NCBI RefSeq assembly: GCF_964355755.1
Contig: NC_092679.1
Location: 15,545,432 to 15,609,431, forward strand
DNA: 64,000 nucleotides
Direction: 5' to 3'
From: Antedon mediterranea
Lineage: Eukaryota; Animalia; Echinodermata
The notes under the pieces are model-generated. The model was given only the letters and a program-made list of their open reading frames with translations. It was not told where the DNA came from and did not search any database. Shown in pieces: positions 38,701-53,700 of the stretch. The position numbers were made by a program, and so were the translations under genes. Positions within the stretch are counted from its first letter, which is position 1. Each line of letters opens with the position of its first letter.

Positions 38701-41700
38701 ACTAATTACAGTACTATAATGCTTAGTTATCACAAAACCTTTGCGTTATTTAAAATGCTAAAAAGCAATCTGCTGTAATAATCTAATTCAAAATTCCAAG
38801 AAAAGTAGTAATACAATAACAGTATAATAATAGTCTAATATTCTATGAATTATTTGAATGCAGTGAAGTAAAGTCTATGCATAATTTTAAAAGAAATGAA
38901 CACTCCATAATCATATTTAACATTTCTCAAAGTAATTTTGAATGTTGCTGTGTTGTGTAATTATCAAATTCCAAGAAGTGAATTGATACACAAATTACAC
39001 AAACATGAGAATAAATCATTGCTCGCTGTACTATTTTGTTTATATGAATCTATGAAAACCAAATCTACACAAGATTTTTGTGAGATTAACTAGGCAAATT
39101 TACAGTATGAACACAAATCATTTAATTACTTGTGTACTAATATTAAGTATGTAATCTCTTTAAGAATTATTAATATTTTCTTTACAGACAGGGGAAAATT
39201 GAGGGAAGGGCGATTTGGGGTGCACTCTCCCCTTTTGACAGCAAAAATGGAATTATCAGCTACTGTATTTGTCAATTTATTTTTGACAGACTATTCAGAT
39301 TAGCGCTCTCCTATTTAAAATCCTTGATCTACCATTGACTGATTTTTGTAATGCATACTTGGAGGCAGGTGGGGGAGGGGGAGGGAATGGTTGGTGAGGT
39401 TTTTTCCAAAGGAGAACTAACTTTTAACAATGCACTGCGACTCCTTTAAAACTTGACGCATCATAAATTATAATTTCAATTGATTGCAAATTAATAAATG
39501 TGAATATTAAAATGTCTATCTGTTAACACAAATTTTATTTCCCAAGTTTTATCTTAAAAGTTGCACAATTTTTGTTTAAAATGTACCATTATTATATCCA
39601 TAATTAAAATGTATCTTTTACATATTATCATCGTTGTATCAAGTCTAATAATTGCAAAATAGTTCTACTTCTTCAAAGCTATGAGCAAATTACGTAATGA
39701 ACCAAACGGATGACGACAGCTATGACGAAATAGGTGAGGGTAATAGGGACATTGACGATTGCAGAATCAGTTATTACAACACCGATGGCTAAAGATTCGT
39801 AAAAATCTAATTATTGATCATGTAGATAAACGAGTTAGGAGGATTAAGATCGAAACTACACATTGACTAGTTACTGTAATTTAGTAGCATGTAGACTTTC
39901 AAGATTTGCCCCCTGGATATTTAATTCAGAACCCCTTTCTTGTAAGACTCGGATGACGACAGTTATGATGAAATAGTTTTTAAAAAAACTAATTATAGAT
40001 GTTGTAGAAAATGAGTCGGTAGGATTTACATTCACTAGTTTAAATACTGTAATTGAGTAAAACCAGATTTTCCCCCCTGGATATTTAATTCAGAACCCCT
40101 TTATTGTAAGACGTGGATGACGACAGTTATGATGAAATGGTTAAGGTTAACAAGAGGTTGACGATTGCAGCATCAGTTACAACACCGATGGCTAAAGATT
40201 TGTAAAAACCTAATTATAGATCTTGTTGAAAATGAGTCGGTGGGATTTACATTCACTAGTTTAAATATTACTGTAATTGAGTAAAACCAGATTTCAATAT
40301 TCATTTTGTATATGACAAATTATGTTGAGACTCAACCTCTGACCTGCTTTATTTTATTCCATTAACATTTATTTTGCCATTATTTTCAGTTTTTCTAAAA
40401 TGTTCCTTTACTTTTATTTCAATTAATAAATCCACACTCATATGACAGGGGATGGATCCATGATGCTCTAAAATGGGGATGAGGGGGGAAAAACTAATGG
40501 GTATGATGAAGCTGGTTCAACCTCCCTCCCCTTAGATCTCCCTATGACATGTACACTAGACCTATGACTACAGACAGAGGCATGTACTATAGGTGCTGTA
40601 TACTCCCTATGACATGTACACTAGACCTATGACTACAGGCAGAGGCATGTACTATAGGTGCTGTATACTCCCTATGAAATGTACACTAGACCTATGACTA
40701 CAGGCAGAGGCATGTACTATAGGTGCTGTATACTCCCTATGACATGTACACTAGACCTATGACTACAGGCAGAGGCATGTACTATAGGTGCTGTATACTC
40801 CCTATGACATGTACACTAGACCTATGACTACAGGCAGAGGCATGTACTATAGGTGCTGTATACTCCCTATGACATGTACACTAGACCTATGACTACAGGC
40901 AGAGGCATGTACTATAGGTGTTGTATACTCCCTATGAAATGTACACTAGACCTATGACTACAGGCAGAGGCATGTACTATAGGTGCTGTATACTCCCTAT
41001 GACATGTACACTAGACCTATGACTACAGGCAGAGGCATGTACTATAGGTGCTGTATACTCCCTATGACATGTACACTAGACCTATGACTACAGGCAGAGG
41101 CATGTACTATAGGTGCTGTATACTCCCTATGAAATGTACACTAGACCTATGACTACAGGCAGAGGCATGTACTATAGGTGCTGTATACTCCCTATGACAT
41201 GTACACTAGACCTATGACTACAGGCAGAGGCATGTACTATAGGTGTTGTATACTCCCTATGAAATGTACACTAGACCTATGACTACAGGCAGAGGCATGT
41301 ACTATAGGTGCTGTATACTCCCTATGAAATGTACACTAGACCTATGACTACAGGCAGAGGCATGTACTATAGGTGCTGTATACTCCCTATGAAATGTACA
41401 CTAGACCTATGACTACAGGCAGAGGCATGTACTATAGGTGCTGTATACTCCCTATGACATGTACACTAGACCTATGACTACAGGCAGAGGCATGTACTAT
41501 AGGTGCTGTATACTCCCTATGACATGTACACTAGACCTATGACTACAGACAGAGGCATGTACTATAGGTGCTGTATACTCCCTATGACATGTACACTAGA
41601 CCTATGACTACAGGCAGAGGCATGTACTATAGGTGCTGTATACTCCCTATGACATGTACACTAGACCTATGACTACAGGCAGAGGCATGTACTATAGGTG

Positions 41701-44700
41701 TTGTATACTCCCTATGAAATGTACACTAGACCTATGACTACAGGCAGAGGCATGTACTATAGGTGCTGTATACTCCCTATGACATGTACACTAGACCTAT
41801 GACTACAGGCAGAGGCATGTACTATAGGTGCTGTATACTCCCTATGAAATGTACACTAGACCTATGACTACAGGCAGAGGCATGTACTATAGGTGCTGTA
41901 TACTCCCTATTAAATGTACACTAGACCTATGACTACAGGCAGAGGCATGTACTATAGGTGTTGTATACTCCCTATGAAATGTACACTAGACCTATGAATA
42001 CAGGCAGAGGCATGTACTATAGGTGCTGTATACTCCCTATGAAATGTACACTAGACCTATGAATACAGGCAGAGGCATGTACTATAGGTGTTGTATACTC
42101 CCTATGAAATGTACACTAGACCTATGACTACAGGCAGAGGCATGTACTATAGGTGCTGTATACTCCCTATGACATGTACACTAGACCTATGACTACAGGC
42201 AGAGGCATGTACTATAGGTGCTGTATACTCCCTATGAAATGTACACTAGACCTATGAATACAGGCAGAGGCATGTACTATAGGTGCTGTATACTCCCTAT
42301 GACATGTACACTAGACCTATGACTACAGGCAGAGGCATGTACTATAGGTGTTGTATACTCCCTATGACATGTACACTAGACCTATGACTACAGGCAGAGG
42401 CATGTACTATAGGTGCTGTATACTCCCTATGAAATGTACACTAGACCTATGACTACAGGCAGAGGCATGTACTATAGGTGTTGTATACTCCCTATGAAAT
42501 GTACACTAGACCTATGACTACAGGCAGAGGCATGTACTATAGGTGTTGTATACTCCCTATGAAATGTACACTAGACCTATGACTACAGGCAGAGGCATGT
42601 ACTATAGGTGTTGTATACTCCCTATGACATGTACACTAGACCTATGACTACAGGCAGAGGCATGTACTATAGGTGCTGTATACTCCCTATGAAATGTACA
42701 CTAGACCTATGACTACAGGCAGAGGCATGTACTATAGGTGTTGTATACTCCCTATGAAATGTACACTAGACCTATGACTACAGGCAGAGGCATGTACTAT
42801 AGGTGCTGTATACTCCCTATGACATGTACACTAGACCTATGACTACAGGCAGAGGCATGTACTATAGGTGTTGTATACTCCCTATGAAATGTACACTAGA
42901 CCTATGACTACAGGCAGAGGCATGTACTATAGGTGCTGTATACTCCCTATGACATGTACACTAGACCTATGACTACAGGCAGAGGCATGTACTATAGGTG
43001 CTGTATACTCCCTATGAAATGTACACTAGACCTATGACTACAGGCAGAGGCATGTACTATAGGTGTTGTATACTCTCTATGACATGTACACTAGACCTAT
43101 GACTACAGGCAGAGGCATGTACTATAGGTGCTGTATACTCCCTATGAAATGTACACTAGACCTATGACTACAGGCAGAGGCATGTACTATAGGTGCTGTA
43201 TACTCCCTATGACATGTACACTAGACCTATGACTACAGGCAGAGGCATGTACTATAGGTGCTGTATACTCCCTATGAAATGTACACTAGACCTATGACTA
43301 CAGGCAGAGGCATGTACTATAGGTGCTGTATACTCCCTATGAAATGTACACTAGACCTATGACTACAGGCAGAGGCATGTACTATAGGTGCTGTATACAC
43401 AATTAATAATTAGGAATTTTCAGGCTGTCGACAGATACTGTCCAATCAAAGATATTGTATAACGTTTTGTTGACATTTATGATGGGATGTTGAAACACCT
43501 GGTTAATGTGCAACATAGAATTCATGATAGCAATTACTAATTAATGTCTCAACAAGATAGTATTGAAGAAAGAGACACAACATGTGTGCTAGGTTTTAAA
43601 ACAGCTAACGGCTTATAAGATAGAAAAACCTATCAGATACACATTAAGCTACTCACAAATGACATTCCAGCAAAAATTGTTTCTTTGAAGTTAAATTATA
43701 AAATAATACGGCATTTTTTAGGGTAAAGATAACTTTTGTATGATCCAAGACAGTAATTTAATGAGAGAATGATATCACTATATTCATTTTAAGAAATGCC
43801 CCCCCCCCCCCCTTCCCCTTTTGAATAAATGTCCCTCATAGGGCCTGTTTCTGCTGCAACTGCTCAAAATACGGTATAAAAATACGGTATTTTTTATACC
43901 GTATTTTTTAGTACCCCGTTTCTGCTAACAATACTTCTGGGGTGGTCGTGTTAAATTTCATCCTTTTTACCCAAATTGCTATTCATTTATTTGGTCGATA
44001 ATTAAAAGTCGCAATAAAAGAAGTTTTACGTCTCACTTTCAACAGCCTAGCCCTAGTGATGGAGTTGTTGTGAGAGCACAGAAAACATCGTAATGGGGAC
44101 AAGTAATTCGTTCCCTCCTCGAGTTATTGTATTTTGCAATGTTGTACTGCTTTCGCAAGCTCTTCAGCTTTGAATTTACTTGCTTTGGAGACAAGTCTAT
44201 TCCGTACTCCTGCTTTATTTTTTTAGAAATGTCTTTATAAATGTGGTTGTCCCTTTTATTACCTTTCCGGACATTTTAGCTTCCCCCACCCCCTCCTCCC
44301 CGCCCCCCTCCTTCCCCACCCGCTCCTTTCCCACACAGATTCATATAGTAAATACTGTGACGTCTTTTCTCCACATTTTCGCCGAATATATCTATACACG
44401 TGAAACAGCTGACAGCGACAGAAAATAAAAACACATGTTGACCTCATGTCGCAGGTAAAAAAAAAAAAACGGTATTTTTTATTGGCAGCAGAAAAAAAAT
44501 ACGGTATAAATTTGTAAACACCGTATTTTATCCACAAATTTTGTGGGGAAAATACGGTATACAAAATACGGTATTTTTTTTATGAGCGCAGTTTCTGCTG
44601 CCAAAAAAATATGGTATATACGGTATTCAAAAAATACCGTATAAAATACGGTATTTTCTAGGCAGCAGAAACAGGGCCATAGAACATATTTTGAAGTAAA

Positions 44701-47700
44701 CTCCCCCTCAAATAAACGCACCGGGATTAATATTTTTTTTCAAATTTAACCACCTGCATATATACACACAATTACTGTAATATAATTTATTTTATACAAA
44801 ATGTCTATTTGTACAGTAGTAGATTCATGGGCTACAGTTTTATTGAGCCATGGCTTGTATAGTATTATTAATAGTGAGAGAGTGAGTGAGTGGCCGAGCG
44901 GTTAAGACAGTGGAACCGTAATTACGTAGCCATAACATCGGCAGGGGTTCGAGGCTCACTCACTCCATGGTTCTGGTGGTAGAACAAGTCTTCTCGGATA
45001 AGGACTATAAACCGTAGGTCCAGTGTACACATCTAGCTCGTGTGCACTTTAAAGAACCTAGTACATCTTTCGAGAAGAGTAGGGGGTCACCCCGGTGTAT
45101 TAGTACATCACAGCCACTGATCATCAACTGGGCCCTCTGGGAGACCAGTCTTTGACTGAAGAGGTTACCCAGTATAAATATATATTTCAAAAGGTTTAAA
45201 GACAGGAGCTTGGAAACGGGACGTTTTCAGTATTGCCTAAACGGGATGGTTTTTGCCCAAATGAGACAGGTTTGATATTTCCCCAATGAGGCATGTTTGG
45301 TATTACCTAAATGGGACAGGTTTGGTATTTCCCCCATGAGGCATGTTTGGTATTACCCAAATGAGACAGGTTTGGTATTTACTCAAACAGGATGTGATGC
45401 TCTTAGAAGATGTTGTCATTAAATTAAAGCTCATTCATCTTTGTTCATGTTGTTGATGTGTAGTCTTACTGTACATGAATTTCTTCTCTGTTCTTTAACA
45501 CAGCTTTTCTACAACTGCTGTCACATATGATTATGCCTTGTTAATGTTAGCTAGCAAAACATCAAGTATTAAAACATCCTTACTTAAGCTCTGTCTACAC
45601 TATTAACACGTATGTGACAACAAAATGTGATATACCCATATATGGACATGATGATGTCATATCACTACCATATTTGGATACATCACACTTTTTTGTCAAA
45701 CAAATTTGATAGTGTAGACAGAGCTTTACGGAACAATCTTGACATCCTTGAATCGAAGTAATCTTACTCACAATATTTAATATTGGATTCAAATAACAGT
45801 ACACTGCACTTTCTATAGACGTTAATGATGACAGCTTCAAGTGCAATGTAAGCACCCTCAAAAAGACAATGAACTAATTGGCTTGTTAATTGTATCGTCA
45901 AATCCCCATCAAAACAACCAACTAAAATAAATGTTATACATAAATTTCTATAACATAAATAAAGTAAAACCTCCTATTAAAGGGACATCTTCAGGACCCA
46001 AGGAAGTTTCCACTGAATACTGGTGTACTCGAAATAGGGATGTCCACTAAATAGGGATGTCCACTAAATAGGAAGGTCCACTGAATAGGGATCCACTGAA
46101 AAGGGGTGTCCCTAAATAGGGATGTCCCCTAAATTATAGGAGTTGGTCTTAACCATATTTTAAAAACACATTTGCTCATAGGCATATTGTAGGTACAGTA
46201 AAGTGTCCACTTATAGGAGTGTCCTTTTGAATGGGATGTTCTAAAAAAAAGGAGTTCTACTATAATAAATACAAAAGGTTGCTCTAATCAATGTAACACA
46301 TTTAAGTTTCCTTGTCATTTGATTGGTTGATTTCACATTACATGTTGATATAATGTGTGCGGTACACCATGTATATTAGTTTTGAAAAGAACTGTTGAGT
46401 TTCTCGACGTTTCGATCAATATGCCTTGATCTTCCTCAGGAATGAGAACATTTCTTATTCCTGTGGACGATCAAAGCATATTGATCGAAATGTCGAGAAA
46501 CTCAACAGTTCTTTTCAGAACTAATATACGTGGTGTACCGCCAACTTTATATCAAAATTTGATTTCGCCATACAAACCTTCAAACAATACGTAACATGTT
46601 GTTAATTTAGGTACAACATTACAAGTTCTAATCAATGGTTCTATTCCACAACTTGGCTTTTGTCAAATTTTTTAAATGCTGTCAAACCATGTGCGACCAA
46701 AAAAACTACTTAATATATATTATAACTGCTCTAATCCTCAGCCAATCAGAGTGCCACACTTTTTAAATTGCCAAGCCTTTAACATTCAATGCAAGATGTA
46801 AACATTTTGTTGAATGTAACATTTTGTTGAATGGAGAGAATATTTTCATTCGTTGAAAGATTGTTGTATTCAACAAGTAAAGTTGAATTATAATTATATT
46901 CCATTCATTCAACTTATAACACATTATTATATTATATTATTACTGTTGTGCACTGTATGTTCACTCATATCTTCAGTCAAATATCATCAAACCACTGGGG
47001 TTTATTTCAATACATCAATGCTAATAGTGAATATCAAACACAGATAACACATCACAGGTGTTAAAAAGAGAATTAATTCAATCGTACGATTTCATTCCCA
47101 GATGAATAAGTAGATTTAATCATGTACACAAATAAAAAATCAAATTTCCTGTTGGTATAATCTGATTCCCAGAATAGCCTAATTAAAAGGTACGTTTTAT
47201 TATTATTTGCTTTCAAGCTTTTAAACGTTTTTGCATACATTACTACTAGTACTAAACACATGTATTTATTGTAAACCGTGTTCACTTACACCAACATATT
47301 GAGAGGAAAGCTTACTCACTAAAGCTCTGTCTACACTATCAAACTAGTTTGACAAAAAAAAGTGTGATGTGGCCAAGTATGGTAGTGATATGCAAAAATA
47401 TGGTAGTAATATGACATCATCATGTCTATATATGGGCACATCACATTGATTTGTGATGATAGAGAGTAAAGAGAACAAAATATCTTTTTTCACTGTCCAT
47501 CTCGGTTTTAATGCAAATTTTAGCATGTTGGCAGTTGAATTACAATCTATTTTAAATGGACTAAATGAGAGGATTTTTATACTAAAGAATAGATAGAATG
47601 TTAATAAACAAAATAAAAACATTGTAATCATACCTGTAATACAAACTTCTGGTCAATATATCTTTTAGCTATACTAGGCTGAAACTCGGGTGATTCCAAA

Positions 47701-50700
47701 AAGCGAAGAAAAAATTCATAAACAATCTAAAATGGAAAAACAAGAATCAATAAACATTAAATAACTACTTCCCATTCAATATTTGCAATAAATGTAAAAA
47801 ATATGTATATGTATTTATCCTGATGTAAAGACTGGCTGCAAACAACAAATTGTTTTTTATTAATTCGAACCTAATTTCTGAAAGCACACTTCTAGACTAC
47901 CAAGCTTTACCCTGATGTCTAGGGTTCAAATGTGAAGTCTAATTTAGATTAATCTTCTTCAGTGATCCGAGTAAACAGGTGTCAGGGTAGTTTGATACCA
48001 GATATGGAAATTATTATGAATCAAAAAGATGGTTTCTTACTTGCAAATGTGGCCATGCAGCCTCTAACGTGGGGTCATCCTCTTCAGGGTCAAATTCTGG
48101 GTTTTCACTCGGTGGAAGTGTCCTGAAGATATTGCATTGTATCTGTGTACAAATGAAAACAACATTTAATAGAATACATTCAAACAGCCTTACGTCTGAG
48201 GTAAAGTTACTCTACATATCGAACATGAAAATTATTCGCAAGCGTTACTTCTGATGAGCGTCCACATGATGCTCAATAAAAGCTGCATTTTACTTGCGAG
48301 TATTACAACTCTAGTTTGTTAACACATATTGTTACATTCCTTGTGTACGCGGAAGTAGAACATTTATTCTGGAGACTTAACTTAATACAAACAGCATTTG
48401 CATGCAACATTATGGAAGTATGTTTCTATGTGTTTGATCACAATAAATGGCGTAAAATAATAATTTTCAATTTCAGCACTACACATCAAAAGTTTGTTTT
48501 TGATACTCAATAAAATAATATATAACGGGCGGTGCAGAGTTCGCTACACATGTCAAGTGATAAAGACTCGCTATCCAATCAAATTTTAACCATACCATGA
48601 AAGACCACTGGTTCTAATTGTATAATGTCTGCATACTGTATTAAAGAGAAAATTCCGGGTTCAAATCTTTTGACAATTTTTAAATAAGTTATTTTCCCAT
48701 GTATCACTGTGCAATTTGTAATTTCTCTATGCCTGTTTAATTATATGGTTTGGGATAAACTACAAGGTACTATACTGTAGATAACACAATCTATAAAAAG
48801 TAATAAGTTGATCTACGGTAACTATAAGCGGGACTGCAAACTACACTAATATGCTAGTTATATTTCCAATCATTTGAAAATGGACATAATCTAAGACCAA
48901 GCTTATAAATGATTAAAGTGGAATAGCCGATTTAATTGAAATAAATAGAACTCAGTATAGAAACTGACAGGAAGCCTATACTTTGAAACCCAATGACTTC
49001 AAATATTTTGATAAATTGTGAAATGCACACAAAAAAAATCGTTATAGACATTGGTAGAAGCCTATACTTCGAAATTTAATGACATCAAATATTATGATGA
49101 ATTGTGAAACGTACACAAATACTTGGTATAGACATTGGCAGAAGCCTACACTTCGAAACCTAATTACATGGCTTTTGTAAGTTTTCTAGTAAAACATTTA
49201 TGTTTAAAAAACAAATCAATTTTGTATATTCACATGGACAACAGGTACACAGTACATTTACTAATGTAAATTTGTAAAGGGCAAAAAAAAACCCAAAGCG
49301 CTGTGAAAACAAGATCAAGGAAAGCTATTAAATATAGGAAAGCTTGTAAATATATAAACTTACTGTAGTTTAATTACCGTTAATGTGCAATATTGAATCA
49401 TTATTATATAATGAGTAATTTTTAATCTTGTGATGTTTCTGTGTTGTTAGCATGCTATTCTGTGTTACTGTTATGCAATTTTCTGTGTAGTTTTACTGTT
49501 TTATACTTTTATATGATGATATGCCAGTTTTTCAAAGCCAATTTTTGTTAATTTCAGTTTTAATGGACAAATAAAGATACTATTACTATGACTATAACTC
49601 TAAAAGTCATTCTGTTCATTCTTAAATTTTCTGATCGTGCGTGGAATGGCTTTAATACTTGATAACTCGTAATTCCCCCCCCCCCCCCACCCTCGAATGC
49701 ATCTACAGTATGACTTTATAGAATAACATGCTTTTCATCAGATTGAATATCAGTATGTTGTTAACGCAGGTGAGAAAGAATGTAGTTGAACTTTTGCAGT
49801 TCTACAAATAAACAAAATTCCTTCTTGGACTTAACATCCTGTTTCGTACACCTTGGTATAAAGTGTTATACCAATGTTGTAGAGTCAAAGGGCTTGCAAC
49901 TGATGAATTCTTTGGATTAACTACCGTAATTCATTTTACCACAAAAAGACTGAATGAAGGTAGATTCAAACCATATCCAAATTTAGCTCAGAAAAGAGAA
50001 CAATGGATCAATGGTAAAAGACACAAACCTATCAAAAATTTGTTGATATGAACAACACGACTCCCATACTTCTTTGTCATCAAAAGGGGCTGAATTTTGA
50101 TCAAGAATACCACGGTATAAACTAAACTGAACTCGAAGAGGCTCTAGGTTCTTTAAGTGAGCACAGGTCATATGTGTACACTGGACCTTTTTAAGTCGTC
50201 ATCCGATAAAATACATAGCAAATAAAACCATTTTGACATTGCATCAAAATGGCATTGTGTAAAATGTTATCTTACTTCTATTTGCTAGTGTGGCTACCAG
50301 ATTGAACAGTTTTGCGAAATTCTTCTTCATTAAACTTAATTCACTATATTCACATCAAATCAATAATATAAAGTAGATTTAGAAAAAATAATGAAATATT
50401 ACATGCAGACTACAAAGAATACGAGAAAAAAAATGTCTTGTGTTGAGAATCAATTATAAATAATGCAATGATAGTGGATGGAACAGGCTTACTGTAGGTT
50501 CACTATAAACGAGGACTTATAAATTTCATGTATGTGAAATTGAAGACTTAATAACGTATACAAATACACAAACGTATATTTGATATGATTGCTAACATTT
50601 TAGAGCTAACCAATCAGGGAATTCAACAAGTTTGAATCGATCTTGCAAAGATTGCATTCTTAAACAGAAAATAATGATTATATTTTAATTTCAAATCAAA

Positions 50701-53700
50701 CTAGAGAAGAAATAAATAACAATAACAAAATGTCTGATGTACAAAATAATAGTATTTAAAGTTTATACAAACTAATGATAAAAAATAAATGATAAAAAAT
50801 CAATTTAAAATATAATTGTATTTTTTTCAACAAAAATGAAATCACATTAACATGGAAATAAAACTATGTACAAAATAATATAATAATCCGATTAAGAAAT
50901 GAATTCAATTTAATTTAAAATGTCATTTTTTTTTCTTTCAACAAAAATCAAATCACAGAACAGAGAAATAATTAGTAAATAGCTGTACACAGTTATTATG
51001 TGATGATTGCATCTTTCAAAGGCAAGAATGTGTGGGAGGAACAATCATTTCTGTAGCAAATGAATAAACACTGATTGATACCTTGGGTTGTTTTATATCC
51101 TTTAAATGTTGTGCATCAATATTTGACCTTTGATCTTTCTTTATAAACTTTATATGTCAAATGTATATTTCACATTTTGTATTGTGTTCATAACCAAATG
51201 GGCAAACATTTCTGTAGCAAATGAATATACACTGACTGATACACCTAGCATTGTTTTATATTTTAAAATGTTGCATCAATATTTTGACATTTTATCTTTC
51301 TTTATAAACTTTATATGTCAAATGTATATTGCACATTTGTAATACATAATGTACATATCAATTACATTTTGTTGTATCTTGTTCATAAAAGGACAATCAT
51401 TTCTGTAGCAAATGAATACACACTGATTGATACCTAAAACATTGTTTTTCATTTTTAAATGGCGTGTCAATATTTGACCTTTGATCATTCTTTATAAACT
51501 TGATGTCAAATGTATATATTTCACATTTTTACATAATGTGCTTCTCTATCATATTTTGTTGTATTATATGTAACCAAAATAACAATAGATTTTGCTTTGA
51601 TACTGTACACCTAGCATTGTTTTATATTTTAATGACGCATCAATATTTGACCTTTGATCTTTCTTTATAAACTTTATATGTCAAATGTATATTGTACATT
51701 TGTAATACTAAATGTACATTTATCAATTACATTTTGTTGTATTGTGTTCATAACCAAAAGGACAATAATTTGTGTAGCAAATAAATACACACTGATTGAT
51801 ACACCTACAGTAGCATTGTTTTATATTTTAATGTTACATCAATATTTGACCTTTGATCTTTCTTTCTAAACTTTATATGTCAAATGTATATTGCACATTT
51901 GTATATTATAGTAATAAATAATGTACATATCAATTACATTTTGTTGTATCTTGTTTTATATTTTTAAATGGTGCATTAATACTTGACCTTTGATCTTTCT
52001 TTATAATTATGTCAAATGTATATATTCACATTTGTATAACTACATGTACTTCTCAATTACATTTTGTTGTATCTTGTTCATAACCAAAAGAACAATCATT
52101 TGTGTAGTATAAATGAATACACATTATGATTGTGCACACTAGCATTGTTTTATATTTTAAAATGGTGCATCGATATTTGACCTTTGATCTTTCTTTATTT
52201 ATAATTATGTCAAATGTATATTCACATTTGTATACTACAATGTACATGTTCAAAACCAAAAGACCAATAATTTCTGTAGCAAATGAATACACACTGATTG
52301 ATATCTAGAATTGTTTTGGTGCATCAATATTTTATGTCAAATGTATTGTACATTTGAAACAACAATTAAAGCTTCCTAACAGTACTGTACTTTACAATAC
52401 TAAAAATAACAAATCTATATTCTGCAATTTAGCTCTTTCTACAAAGTACCTTGTATTGTATTACAAGAGGTCCAGATACTAAATTTGTATGTTAATTTTA
52501 AATTGTTGTTGTTAGTTGTTATTAGAAAAAAAACTTGTAGTAGCAATATTGTTTGAAGTTAGCTATAAAAAAATAGGTTTTTAATTTGTATTACAAGATG
52601 TTAATGATGTAATAATTAATGGATTTAGTCAGTATCCTGTACTCTATGTACAGTAAAGAATAATCCTAAACCTGACTAAACGATTTCTATGCCAACTGAT
52701 ATGGGATATCAATATCGTCCAGCAGATTTTTGCATCATAGCTAATGATGTAAGCCCCTCAGGTGTTCTAGGCAAGGGTCATATCAGTTGGCATGTCCAGG
52801 TAATTTTGATGATGTATATTAATCATTATCTTGTACTATCTATATTTCATTTTACTAAGTGAACCGCATATCTTGATGTGCATACTGTAGTTGTGACTGT
52901 AATGTAAAGCTCTGTCAAAAGCACTATCTATCAAACTAGTTTGACAAAAAAAAGGTGGTGATATGCCCAAATATGGTAGTGATATGACATGTCCATATAA
53001 TGGGCACATCACTTTTTTTTTTCTTTATAGTGTAGACAGAGCTTAAGTTCTGTTGTCGAGATCTCAAACGGACATAGTTTTTTAATTTTTAAAATACAGT
53101 AAAACTTGCATATATGGCTTAATATTCTGGAATAAATTAAACTTGTGGAACTTGTCATCTAATTCATTCCATCTATATTCACACTTCTTCTGTTTCATGA
53201 AATGCAAGATGGCACCTTTAATCTTTTAACAACTAATCATTATTAAACAAAACAGCTCTGTCTTTCGGAAACGGAAAACTACGAATATACATAGATAAAT
53301 AATGGTTACTATTTGAAGATATTACAAATAAAATCGCAAAACAATCAGAAATATGTGTAAATTTAAGAAGAATTTTAGATTTTCTAGTAATAGTGGATGG
53401 GTGTTAATGTGCTTGCCTTCCAGTTCCAAGGTCCAATACTGACCTAAGTCCAGGGTTCAATTCTGACCTAGTGCCAGGGTTGTAAACTCATTATTCTTTC
53501 TGCACTTAAAACCTCAAATGAGACTTAATAATATTATGATACTTCAAAATGACCCAATTTTTTTTGAAATATTTTTTTTTAAATTTGTTTAGAATTAGTC
53601 AAAGGGACAATACATCTTTAATGCATGAACTAATAAGAAAAAAAAATCTTTTATTTATAGTGTCTAGTTAAAGAGATGATGTTCCTAGAACTCGCCAGGT

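Noticed and set aside
40538-43397. CRISPR-like regular array
   Set aside because: Units are contiguous with no unique spacers, there are no cas genes, and the context is a eukaryotic intron
44884-44968. Possible tRNA gene
   Set aside because: Anticodon and variable arms are not canonical and the sequence continues into a multi-copy SINE body
48245-48290. CTGATGA plus hairpin as a second hammerhead
   Set aside because: The GAAA core and cleavage triplet are missing
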